This document shows, one piece after another, positions 26,490-39,043 of a stretch of DNA of 64,000 nucleotides. The translations under genes were made by a program, and so were the position numbers. Source of the DNA: Takakia lepidozioides (lineage: Eukaryota; Plantae; Bryophyta); contig CM060731.1 in NCBI GenBank assembly GCA_030704615.1, forward strand, positions 27,838,001 through 27,902,000. Direction: 5' to 3'. How positions within the stretch are numbered: position 1 is the first letter of the stretch; each line of letters opens with the position of its first letter. The notes below the pieces were generated by a model. That model made no database searches and had not been told where the DNA came from. It saw only the letters and a program-made list of their open reading frames with translations.

Positions 26490-28430
26490 CTACTGGTACA
26501 TGTCAAAATCACTCCAAGAGCCATAGTGTTGGAAAACTGCCTTCGCATCCTTGATGCTCCCACATTTGGCATACATGTCCACGAGGGCACTGTCCAGAAT
26601 CACAATCAGGTACAATTCCAGCTTTGACAATGAAACCATGGACCTGATCTTCCCTTTTCCAGAGCTGGCAAGCTTGCCCTTGATGCTCCCACATTTGGCG
26701 TACATGTCCACGAGGGCATTGTTCAAAATCACATCAGGTACAATTCCAGCTTAGACAATGAAACCATGGACCTGATCTTCCCTTTTCTAGAGCTGCCAGG
26801 CTTGCCCTTCATGCTAACACATTTGGCATACATGTCCACGAGGGCATTGTCCAGAATCACAATCAGGTACAATGCAAGCTTTGACAATGAAACCATGGAC
26901 CCGATCTTCCCTTTTCCAGAGCTGGCAGGCTTGCCCTTGATGCTCCCACATTTGGCATACATGTCCACGAGGGCACTGTTCAGAATCACGTCAAATACAA
27001 TTCCAGCTTTGACAATGAAACCATGGACCTCTTCCCTTTTCCAGAGCTGCCAGGCTTGCACACGCACCGCAAACGCACACAAATGTGTTGTGGTCGGGCT
27101 TCATCCCTTCCCCCATCATTTGGTCATGATAGGTCTCCAAAGGCTCCATCCCACTTCACTGTTGTGCACATCCTGCAAGCATCGCGCTCCACGACACCAC
27201 ATCTTGTTCAGCCATAGTGTTGAACACTCCCTCCGCATCCTCAATGCTCTCACATATATTTGGCATACATGTCCACGAGGGCATTGTTCAGAATCGCATC
27301 TGTTACAATTCCAGCTTTGGTGATGCAACCATGCACCACTTTGCCCTTTTGCAGGGCTGCCAAACTTGCACACGCACTGCAAACGCATAATCTTGTTCAG
27401 CCATAGTGCTGAACACTCCTTTCGCATCCTCAATGCTCCCACATTTGGCATACATGTGTCCACCGGAGCAGTCATGTTCAGGATGACATCTGGTATAATT
27501 GCAAATTGTCACGATGGATCTCTTTACCCTTTTCCAGGGCTGCCAGGCTCCCACACTCACTGCCAACACACACAAATGTTATGTGGTCGGGCTTCACCCT
27601 TCCCCCATCATTTGCTCATAGGTCTCCAAAGCCTCCATCCCATGCCCCTGCAAGCATCGCACTCCACGACACCACATCTCGTTTAGCCATAGTGTTGAAC
27701 ACTCCCTTGGCATCCTCGATGCTCCCACATTTGGCATATATTTCCACCAGGGCAGTGTTCAAAATGACATCTGGTAATCTGCCAGGCATTCACCTTTTTG
27801 CCTCGGTTGTCCCACCATTGACTGGATCAGAAAAGTATTCATCCCACACCTTCTCCTCATCTCTTGTACCTGTTTTTGGATACTTTCATGTTGTCACATT
27901 GGCAGTATCATGTCAAAGTCACTTCAATCTATCAAAGATTCACTCAACCAACTAACTTGCATAATTCAACATGGAAATTTAGGGCTGATTCTGATAAGGG
28001 GGAAAAACAGGGTGAAATGTGTTGAAGAAGGTGCCCTCATCGCCTGATTTTACCAATTGTGCCGCTGCTACTGCGGCTTCCAGTTGACCATCTACCCATG
28101 CAGGTTTCTTGTAGCTATCCTTCCACAAGGAATCATAGGCAATATTGTGCTTGAAATGTGGTCCTCTTGGATGAATCTGGACCCACACTCTATCCCTGCT
28201 CCTTCAGCTATCCATGCCTCTCACAAATCATGCATACATCTTTGCCTTGCTGGTAGCAACTGACAATAACAGCCTACATTTGTTCTAGGAAAACACCCAA
28301 CTCAACTTCTCACACTAGTTCCTATGCTCAATTGCATCTGCTACTCTCTACAATCCAACATGCATTCACCTTTTTGCCACAATTGGGCCACCATTGACTA
28401 GGGTCAGAAAAGTATGCAGGCCACAACTCC
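26490..28430 (-). pseudogene. Fragmented PLS-class PPR gene preceded by OSB-type PDF motifs
   Basis: Repeated VILNSALVDMYAKCGSI.DA..VF and VHGFIVKAG; PDF-like YFSDPSQWWDNR and PRGPHFKH...DSLW...PAWV; many stops and frameshifts. Confidence 0.8.
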
Positions 28431-28579
28431 ATGACTGTTTAGGGTTCACTGTCACAAATGAAAGTGTGTTTGTCAGAATTTTGCCCACCCCAACAGCTCA
28501 GTCATTCCCACCCATGCAAGGTACCATGCTGTATCAAGTCTAAACCCTGGAAAAATACATGCAATAGCAGAAACCAACT

Positions 28580-31500
28580 CTAGACCATAGCACAACTGGC
28601 CTGGTACCTCCCATGTGGAGCTTGCCTCCGCCTTCTACCATTTTGCCTCTGCCTTGCAAGTGCATTCAAGTTGGCAATGGCCAATTCATCTGCCTCACTC
28701 AAAGGAACACAAACAGCAAGCTCAGTCATGATGTTATGAGGAATTTCAGGAGGCACCATGCCTACATAAGTGTCTCCCTCACCCAGTGCCACTTCTGTAA
28801 TATCGTGAACCACTCGTCGGGATCGAGGGTCCTTGTGAAGGACCACCTTCCAGTTCCCTCGTGAACTTTTTTCATCCGAGAAAAAAACTTGCTCCACCTG
28901 ACTAGGGAATGTCCAGGGCTGCTCCATCCGAGGTAACATGCGACTGAAGTCAACCATGAGAAAGCCATAATCATCTCGTTTCATGGTGGCATTCCGGCCC
29001 ACCATGTGTGACCTCACCCATCTACACAAGAACAGAATTGGGTGAAGAATTCCGTAATCCAGTTGAATTATTTCTGTTACAACACCCACATATTCCAATT
29101 GGGATAACACTCGTTTGGACATACCTGCTCTGTTTTCGCTTTCCTGATGGAATACTTGAGCAACTCCAGAATCAAATGTCACCCTGTCTGTGGCGCCAGT
29201 CCCATCATGTATTGCTCGAAAGTGATTGCCGTAAGCATACATGGACTTGAAGCCCAAGGACTGTACTGCTGGTGGTATACATAAATGGCATATGTCCAAA
29301 TCATAGGACTCACCTGAACTCACCTTGCGTTGGACACCACCTTCAATGCATTCATGGAATGGAGCCAGTAAGCGCATATCTGTTGGGTATGGAATTTCTC
29401 CATTGTGGTGGTCTTGGTCTTGTCCACAAAGGAATGCTGTTCTGAACTCAGTGCGGGATGCTTCTATGAGTGCCATCTCCTCTTCATAGGCCCTGTCCAA
29501 ATGAGAATTGCAAATTAGGATTACAGCTTATACACACATGATATGATAAGCAACATACACTAGAAGCATTCGTGTCTTTTCCGAATCGACTGCATGTCCA
29601 AAACCACTGAGGGAACAACTTTGAGATGTTTGTTACTACTGCACAGTCGTAACGGATAAATTCACATTTCTAATGGCGGATAGAAGTTGCATCAATGACT
29701 CCGTAGTCGGCACAATATTCGCGGCGATTTAATTCAATTACGTAAATTGTTTTTTTTTTAAAAACAGCAATTACAAGTGGTTTTAAGCACTAGAGAACGA
29801 GTCTTAACAACTAGGCATTCATTGCACACCCTATTCAAAAATGGATTTTTTATAAGTGCTCCACATGGCTCATGACGTGGAATATTTTAATGTATTTTAG
29901 GGCTTGTGTGGCTCATAGAGATTGTTCTAATCGTCGGATGTAAAATGATCTAAGGGTGGAAGAGTAACTTTGTCCTTTGCCTGAATTTGTCTAAGTGTTG
30001 GGAGAGGGATGGAGGCTTGAGAGAGAGACGAACAAGTGATGCGAGAAGGACGAAGACCAAATCGAGGCCCATGTCCTGTTGTTGCAAGCGTTTATGGCGT
30101 CAAGGGCGCATTATGTGCAAATGTGGGCTCTTGGCTCCCCTTTGTACCATGATTTGGTATTCTTCCTGATGATCACAAGGTTCTTGGGGGAATCAGCTTG
30201 GTCTTAGCAACCCATATTTTAATCTCTGCCCGCTCAGCTGCACCGTGGTGGTTCTTACGAACCAATCCCAACATTACCTGACTAGAGATACAAGCAGCAC
30301 GCACAAGAGGTCTTCTTGGGTTCATGGTCAGTCTAATCCGCAATGGGTCATGACACAAGGTAGAGGACAATGTGGTGAGGGCACCTTCTCTTCGAGCTAT
30401 TTCAGCCTGTTTTGCCGAGATGTAGTGTCGTGGAGTGCGATGCTTGCAGGGTATGCACAACAGGGACGTGGGATGGAGGCTTTGGAGACCTATGAAGTTG
30501 CGAAGGGAGAGTTTGATAACATGGCTGAACAAGATGTTGTCTCAAGGAACACGCTGAATCTCGCAAGATATGGCCAGCATGTGTGCGGGATGAGGGCATT
30601 GGAGACATATGAGCAAATGTTGAGAAGAGGTGCAGCCTGACCGGGTCACGTTCATTTGTGTTTTGCAATGCATGTGCAAACCTGGCAGCCCTGGAGACTG
30701 GTTAAAGGGCAAAGAGGTCCATCGTGACATTGTCAAAGCTGGAACTGTACCAGATGTAACAATACCTCGTCGACATGTATGCCAAACGTGGGAGCATTCC
30801 TTGTGGACAAGGAGTGTTTAACAATATGGCTGAGCGAATGTGGTGTGGTGGAAGTGATGATCGCAAGACATGCACAAACATGGGCGGGGATTGCGGGTTT
30901 TTGGAGACCTATGAGCAAATGATGTGGGTCTAGGGGGTGAAGCCCGAGCACATTACCTGTTGTGTGCTTAGCGCCTGTTGGAGAAGGGCAAAGAGGTCCA
31001 TGGTTGCATCGTCAAAGCTGGAATTGTGGTAGATGTCATTCTGAACATGAATACCCTTCTAGATAGGGAGTGTTCAACAATATGGCTGAGCGAAATGTGG
31101 TGTCGTGGAAAGTGATGATCGCAGGACATGCACAACAGGGGCGGGGATTGCAGGTTTTGGAGACCTATGAGCAGTTGATGTGGGGAGGGGTGAAGTCCGA
31201 CCACATTACGTTCAGAGAGTTCAAATGCCTCTCCACCATGACCTTGCTTAGCTAACCATGCCTTGCTGATGTGTTGTCTTCCTTGAGCTGTTTTTGGACA
31301 CTGGCTGGAACATCCACAAGGCGGCTCTGCTCGAGAGAGAGAAATCAGCTTGAATGCAGGGGCAGATTTTGAGATCACAATCGCCACTCAGAACGTTGTT
31401 CTTTGCACCGGCATGGCATGTCAGCATGCATATCAGCCCAAACTTACTCCGTGAGCCTTCCACTGCCGGAGTTGCCATTCTTCGAAACGCAGGGATGGAA

Positions 31501-34500
31501 CGGGGTTTTGAAACCAGCATTGCCTAACTGGATACCCAATTCAGCTCCGCATCTTGGTCCATTAATCTGCTGCACATTGTGAAGTTTTCTGCCCGTTCAC
31601 CGCAAGTTGAAGAAGGAGTATTCTTAAAACACGGGTACTCATAATCTGAAAATGGCTCCAGCTTATGTTGCTTGAGTGCGAATATGAGTGTGGTTGGCTT
31701 GGCAGCTTTACATCTGGTCCATCCCACTCGATATGATGAGCAGGTTCAGCTTGACTTCTCACACAAAAGACGCTGCCAAGATGGGGTTTGCTGCCCTAGA
31801 TGACTTCCCGTCGTTGTTCTGGGCTGCAACATACAATTAATCTGGCCCATGGCGAGGGGCCTTGCCTTCCACCAATCATCTGTAAGTCCTGTGAAACTGT
31901 TTTTGTGGCAGTTTGTAAGCAGTGGGCAGCGATGGTGGGCTGTTGTAGGATTTGATGAACTCAATGCCGTGTACTGACAACAACCCCTCATCTCTTATGC
32001 AAGCATTCAACAAGCCAAGTTGACTGCAGAGCATATTCAGCCCCCCACGTTTCTAGTTGCCTAATGTTCTTCATCTCCTGGGCAGAGCATTTTCCAGGGT
32101 CTCCATCTGTGATGACACACTATCTTCTCATGTGGTTCAGCTTCTGGTCTTGCTCTTGTTTGCACCACCCAATGAAGGGCAGTTCCCACCTGCTTGATTC
32201 TCTCTATATGGTTGTCTTGGGTCTTGGCAGGGTTTCCCACAACCGCCTTTCCTTTTCAGACTGCCAGTCATCAGCCTCGTTCTCCAATGCTTCACTTTCT
32301 TCCCAAGTGAAGCTCTCCTCTTTTATGCTTCAACGTCCCTGCAGGTGTCTTTTCCTTCATCTCCCGTGGTGCTTTCGAATGAATGAGCACTGATTTACAT
32401 CTGTTGGCAACACTTACGGTGTCCCTTTCCTTGCATGCCACTGCAGGCCCGCATTGACTTTCTTGGCAGGGAAGTCTCCTCCTTCTCCCTCATTTTCTGG
32501 CTCTGTTGGTGCCCCACTCACCATGCTATCAGGGCTGCACTTTTTTTGTGGTGTTGCGCAGCCAAGGCGATCTTTCACTGGTCGATTGTTGGCAACAGCT
32601 GATTGGAGTCTTCTTGGCAGAGTCTCCCACGAGCTCCCATCAATTTCAGGCATCAGGTTTTCTACCCTGCCCTTCCACTTTTCATAAGCGAGGTGCCTGT
32701 CTTCCTCCCTTTCACTCTTCAGCTCTCAGGCAGATTTTTCTTCATGCGATTGCTGCTCCCATACTTCCAGTCCTTGTTTAATTTTCTCCAGCCATCACCC
32801 TCAGATTTGACAAGGTATTGCTGCCCTTCCTTGTGTCTTTCCTCACTCCCAGCTGCTGGTTTTATCCCAGATTCACCTCTCATCCTTGCCTGGGGTTTTG
32901 CTTGCCAAACAGCCCTTGTGTGGGGAACTTCAACGAAAGGCAACATCTCATTCTCAGCTCCTGTCTTTGTACCTCTTTGCAGCAGTCCAGCCTCGGGTGC
33001 CTCACTTTCTGATTGCTGGGTTGCTCTTCGCCGCCAACCTTTGACAAGAAAGTGTGCTCCATCTTCCTCATCTCCTACTGGTTCCCTTGATGCTTCACCT
33101 CGTATGTCTTCCTCCTCATGTTTTAGCAGCAGCTCCCATGCTTGAATTGCTACTTTTCCTCGTAGTTGATCTTGTGCTTTCCTTTTTCTCCGTAGCCTAA
33201 TCAACAGTTTTGTCTTGGCAGCTCCCTTGCCATGAGTGCCTTGTCTCACTGCATCTCCCTTGGCTGCCCACCATCCGTGGAGTCTTTCTTGCTATTCTGA
33301 CCCTCGTTGGCATGCACTTTGCTGCGATGCCCCACATGTATTTGCTGCTCCCTTTAATCATCAACATAGTGCTCCAGAGCCAGTTCCTCATTGTTGACCA
33401 GTTGACCTTCTCAGCCCTTGGACCCCATTTTCCCTTCTCCCATGTTGCCTCGTCTTTCTGCTTCATCGTTTGCTTTACTTGCACGATGTTGCTTCTTCCC
33501 TACAGCTCATCATGTGTTGTGGCTCTTTCCCATGTTGCACTCACTCCCATCATACGTTGTGCAGTTGATAAGACTGAGATGAGTTTGATGCAGGATAGGG
33601 GGAGGGCTTGCTGGTGTATGTTGTCCGATAGGCCCCATGCACAGAGTCAAAGCTGGAAGTCAGCCTTGCAAGGACCCAAGTGAGAGAAGTCTGGTGGGGG
33701 TAGCATCTTGGGGGATGGGCAGTTAGGGCAATGTGTGTCTAGGGCAATATATGTCATAGCAGCGGGTGATGTGCTGCCAATTTTGAGGGATAGAGACAGC
33801 CTGTAAGCTGTAGATTTGTATAAGTGGTTTCTTCTGACACATATTGCTCCCAGTTTGCCACAACCAGTTGTTTGCGTTTGTAGTGCATGTGCGAGCCTGC
33901 TGGGGAAGGGCAAAGAGGTCCATGGTTGCATCGTCAAAGCTGGAATTGTGGCAGATGTCATTCTGAACAATACCCTTGTGGACAGGGAGTGTTCAACAAT
34001 ATGGCTGAGCGAAGGATAGAGTGTAATGACTGCTAATGAAGGCACCTTCTTCAATTTCACCTGTTTTCCCTCTTATCAGAATCGCCCTAATTATTCATGT
34101 CTGAATTCTGCAAGTTAGCTGGTTGAGTGAAGCTTTGATAGTTTGGAGTGACTTTGACATGATCTTCTGCCAATGTGACAACAGGAAAGTATCAGAAACA
34201 GGTAACACAGACGAGGAGAAGTTGTGGAATGAATATTTTTCTGACCCCAGTCAATGGTGGACAATCGAGGCAAGAAGGTGAATGTTTGTTGGATTATAGA
34301 GAGTAGCAGATGCAATTGAGCGTAGGAACTAGTGTGATAAGTTGAGTTGGGTGCTTCCTAGAACAAGTCTAGGCTGTCATCGTCAACTGCTAGCAACAAG
34401 GCAAGGTTGTATGCATGATTCGTGCGAGGCATGGATAGTTGAAGGAGCAAGGATAGAGTGTGGGTGCAGATTCACCCAAGAGGGCCAGACTTCAAGCTCC

Positions 34501-37500
34501 AGATTAACTATGAAGCTACAAGAAACCTGCATGGGTAGATGGTCAACTGGCGGCAACGGCACAATTGATAAAATTAGACATTGTTAATGAAGGCATCTTC
34601 TTCAGCACATTTCACCCAGTTTTACCCTCTTATTAGAATCGGTCCAAAATTTCCATGTTGAATTATGCAAGTTAACTGGTTGAGTGAATCTAGTTTGGAG
34701 TGACTTTGATATGATACTGCTATGTGACAACAGGAAAGTATCAAAAAACAAGTAACAGACATGAGGAGAAGCTGTGGAATGAATACTTTTCTGCCCCCAG
34801 TCAATGATGGGACAACGAGGCAAAAAGGTGAATGCCTGCTACATTTCAGAGAGTAGCAGACGCAATTGAGCATAGGAACTAGTGTGATAAGCTGAGTTGG
34901 GTGTTTCCTAGAACAAATGTAGGTTGTCATTGTCAGCTACTAGCAGCAAGGCAAGGATGAATGCATGATTTGTGCAGGGGCATGGATAGCTGAAGGAGCA
35001 GGGATAGAGTGTGGTCCAGATTCATCCTAGAGGCCAAATTTCAAGCACAAGATTTACCTATGATTCCCTGTGGATCAATAACTACAAGAAACCTCCATGG
35101 GTAGATGGTCTATTCCGTGGAACTCGCTGAAGTCTTGCATTATGAGGATCAGAACTGCTTGACTTGCACGAGGCCTTGACCCTTAGGCAATCCCCAGAGC
35201 AGCAGTAGCTTTTGGGTTGCTTTTTTACTTTGTGTTTTTCATTTTGTCCCATAAGCTCTTTGAGTTTTCCGCAGATGTAATAAAGTAACATTTTGTTTCA
35301 TTTCATTCATTTTCATTTCATTTTGTTTCATGGCATGTCTTTCATCGTTTGTGCATTTCTAATGCATGATTAGTTCTCTTGTATGGCATTACTAGTCGAC
35401 TCACTACAAACACCAAAACTCCAAAGCATGAATCACTATGAATGATTGTTCAAGTAGTTTTGAGCACTTCATGTAAAGTAGTAAAGCAGTTGCGCCAACT
35501 TTGCAGTCGCAATTGCCACTGGCATGTAACACTGCAAGTTATGTGGTCTACTACCACGTGGCGCCCCGGGCCCGTGGCCACGTGGCAGCAGTGGTGCTCG
35601 TCGTGGTGCCGCCACGTCGACATCCACATCGTCGTCCACGTCCGCGTCCATGTGTCACCGCGCTTCAGTGAGTCGGTCCACTCATCCGGAGGGAAAAGTC
35701 AAAGTCAGCCCAAAAGGTCAGACACACGGGCGGCCCGCCTGGTTACGCCACGTGGTTCTTCAGCATTAATCGCATTAATCGCTGAGCAGTTGTTCGCGCG
35801 TCTGCGTCCTTTACCACTCCAATCATTGGATGTCCAACCCAACTACCACATCTGTTGTAACTAGTCTGTTGTAACTTCCAGTCGATCCCAGTTTTTTGAC
35901 TTTTACAACTCAAAATGAGTCGTTACCCCAGTGGTAAATGACACGAATGCTTCTAGTGATACTTACTCAAGGAATGGTTTCATGCAATCTGTGTTGTGCA
36001 AAATATACTCGTGTGCACTGTCTCGTTCTTGAATGGTGAGGACTCGTACACTTCCCAATCTTTGAACCACCTCCCCACTAACTGAGTCTTCTTCATTGGA
36101 GTCCCACACCCTTCGGCTTGTAGCATGAAATTCAGCCATATACTCAGTTAGAAACCCTAGGGCCTCATCCAAAGCATACCCTTCCGCCATGCTCCCTTCA
36201 GGTCGGTTCATATTCCTTACATAGCTTTTTAATGTCTTCATATACTGTTCCATAGGATACATCCAACGGCTAGACATGGGACCACACACCTCCAATTCGT
36301 CCACAAGGTGTACAAGCAAGTGAGTCATGATATCAAAAAATGACGGAGGGAATTCTTTCTCCAGCAGACACATAGTGATTGCAACATCTTCTTTTAAAAA
36401 GTAGCTCAGTTGGATTAATGATCTTTGCACACACTTTTCGGAAGACTCAAGAAAGCCTCATAATTGCCATCCGTGGACCCTTTCCCAATAGCAAAGAGGT
36501 AAAATCTGCTGCATCATTACATGGTAGTCATGGGTTTTCATTGTAGACAGTTTATTGTCAACCACATGTTTCTGGAATGTGGCAGCATAACCTGTGGGGG
36601 CCTTTACTGCAGCCAATGTTTCCAAAAACAGCACGTTCTCATCTTCAGTAAGAACATATGGGGCCAAAGGCTTCACCAACTTGTTCGGGTGAGAGGGATG
36701 GGGTCTCAACCACAAGTGTTCACGAATGACATTGAGTTCCATATCCTTCATAGATGTGGCTGTGTCCTTCTCCCCAAGAATGGTTCTCAGCACATTCTCA
36801 CACAATTTTTTTCACAATGCATCACATCCAGTGTGTATCGGATGAGTAAGTCTTTCCAGTATGGCAATTGGTTCAAAACAGTGACCCGTTTCATGCCATG
36901 TTCCTTTGAAGGGTCATGTTTTCCCCCCTCAGCCCCTCCCATTGCGAGATACAACTCTCTGGTTTTAGCCCGGTCAAATTGCTCACTTGCAGTGACCACC
37001 ATAGGAGCTGCTCTATGTTCCACATGTCCATTAAAGTGGGACGAGTTATTCCTATAGGGATGAACAGCAGGCAAGTATCTCCTATGACCAAGATACAAAA
37101 CTTTTTTGCATGCCTTGGAGTACCTGGAATCAACATTAGGGCCGCAAGCTGGGCAGGCCTTGTATCCCCCGTGTGCGCATCCTGCTAGCAACCCATAAGC
37201 TGGAAAGTCGTGGATTGACCACATCAAGATGGCCCTCATGCGAAATGACTGTTGCCCCACTAGGCTACTTCCATCCAATGCCTCCACACCAACTTCCCAC
37301 AACAATTTCAGCTCATCCACAAGGGGCTGCAGATAAACATCTGCATTGTCATTTCCCATAGATTGTGGTCCAGGAATCAATAAAGCCAACATCGTGAAAA
37401 ATGGCTTAGTACACAGCCAGGGTGGAAGATTATAGTTTACCAACATGACAGGCCAAGTTGACCATTTGTTTGATTTATCATTGTAAGGATTGACACCATC

Positions 37501-37950
37501 CCATGCGAGACCCAATCGCAGATTTCTGGGGTCCGCTGCAAACTCAGGCCATTTTTGGTCAATGTGGGCCCAAGCCTTGCTGTCTGCTGGGTGCCTAACC
37601 AAGCCATCCAGACTTCATTTCTTAAAGTGCCATGACATTAACTCTGAGATGGATTTGGCTTTATACATTCGAAGCAGCCTTGGAATGATAGGGAAATGTT
37701 GAAGGACCTTACGAGGTACTGGTGTCTTCGTACCCACCACATAACGACGTGCCTGACATTTTGGACAAACCTCCAAATTCTGAGGCTCCCTTCTGAACAA
37801 CACACAGCCTTTCGGACATGCATGTATACTCTCGTAATGAAGCCCGAGTTCCATTATGAGTTGTTTTGCCTCATAGTGGGACTTTGGCAGGCAATTGTCT
37901 GCTGGCAACCATGACAGGCATTGCATGGACATAGAATTTTCCGAAGACCC
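28580..37950 (-). mobile_element. CACTA/En-Spm Tnp2 transposase gene (Transposase_21-, DUF4218- and DUF4216-like regions), frameshifted; intron 29493-35966 holds a nested element
   Basis: IHACPKGCVLFR, RHPADSKAW, NLRLGLAWDGVNP, STWPV, YNLPPW, DFPAYG, DVMHCEKN, KTHDYH, FFDIMTHL, WMYPME, PEGSMAEGY, FPSQVEQVFF. Splicing GA|gtaagt ... ag|G rejoins PFLE-AYEEE in frame. Confidence 0.92.
29558..35958. mobile_element. Non-autonomous Pack-CACTA, 6.4 kb, carrying PPR, OSB-PDF and unidentified gene fragments
   Basis: TIRs CACTAGAAGCATTCGTGTC...GACACGAATGCTTCTAGTG (19-bp perfect); 3-bp TSD ATA at 29555-29557 and 35959-35961. Confidence 0.92.
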
Positions 37951-39043
37951 AGTCTTCTTGCTCGCGCTTCCTCTAGTTTCCACAATCTGTCATCGTCATG
38001 TTCTGCTTGTGTCCGCCTTTGCAATCGATGGGCAGTAGGAGGGATCATCTTGGCGAGTGAGTGAGACTCGTCAGGAAATGGAGACCCAAATAGAGTGTCC
38101 AGAAGTTACACCAGGGCGCAAGCCTACAGCGAGGGAGGTAGAACGAGCAAAGCGTCAAGCGGAGAACAAGGCATTCTTTGCACGACTGAAGATCTACGAC
38201 ATTGCAAAGAGGTCCGAACTTCCGTTTTTTTCATATCCCCTACCTAGCCCGTGAGCAGATTCCGTGAGCAGAAAATTCCGTGAGCAGAATTCTGCTCACG
38301 GATCTGCATGTGCTCACCTATAACCGCGGACACCTATTCGGCCTAGAGGACCTATTACTGCGGGTTGTGTCAAGTTTATCATGCACACGTCATTCATCGT
38401 TATGGATGAACGATGGATGAATGGGGGATGAAAGGATGTTCGACGAATGGTACATGGATGAATGTCGTTTGTAGATGAATGCAAAACTAAGATGCATTTT
38501 TGAGTAGTGGTTGCTAAATCCCCCCAGCTCTAGAGTGAACTTCTGCCCACTGGTGAGGGTTGTGATTGTCCTTTCACTAGCAATCAAAACTCGACATAGT
38601 TGCTGACACACAGTTGCAAAGAAGGTGGAGAGGCCATTTGGTGCTTCAAACTTAATTTTTTAATAACTGAAGATTCATTCCGACAAAGAATATTCTGTGC
38701 TACTGGAGTCGGCGTCCAAACGATGGCAGAACTGTCTATGAAGACACTAGCCCTGCTTTGCACAAAACCCTCTCTGTTTAAAAGCAAACTAGGGGGAGAA
38801 GAGATGAGACTAAATTCCGAAGCTGCAGCCTCCGCATAACATGGCAATTTAAAATCTGCTTTCGGACTTGGGAAAAATTGCGGGTTTGCCAAGAAAGGGA
38901 GGAACCGTGACGACCTTGGGCTCCTGTACACACAAACAAACAATGTAAGTCCATATACATTCTGCTGGCCCAACTTGTGCAGGAAAGATGGAAATGGAAG
39001 GATGCGCCGTCGTGTCAGTGAACTGCCACAACTGAACTAACAC

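Noticed and set aside
35402-35415. CACTACAAAC as a CACTA terminus
   Set aside because: No matching inverted partner or TSD was found; it lies inside the better-supported 29558-35958 element.
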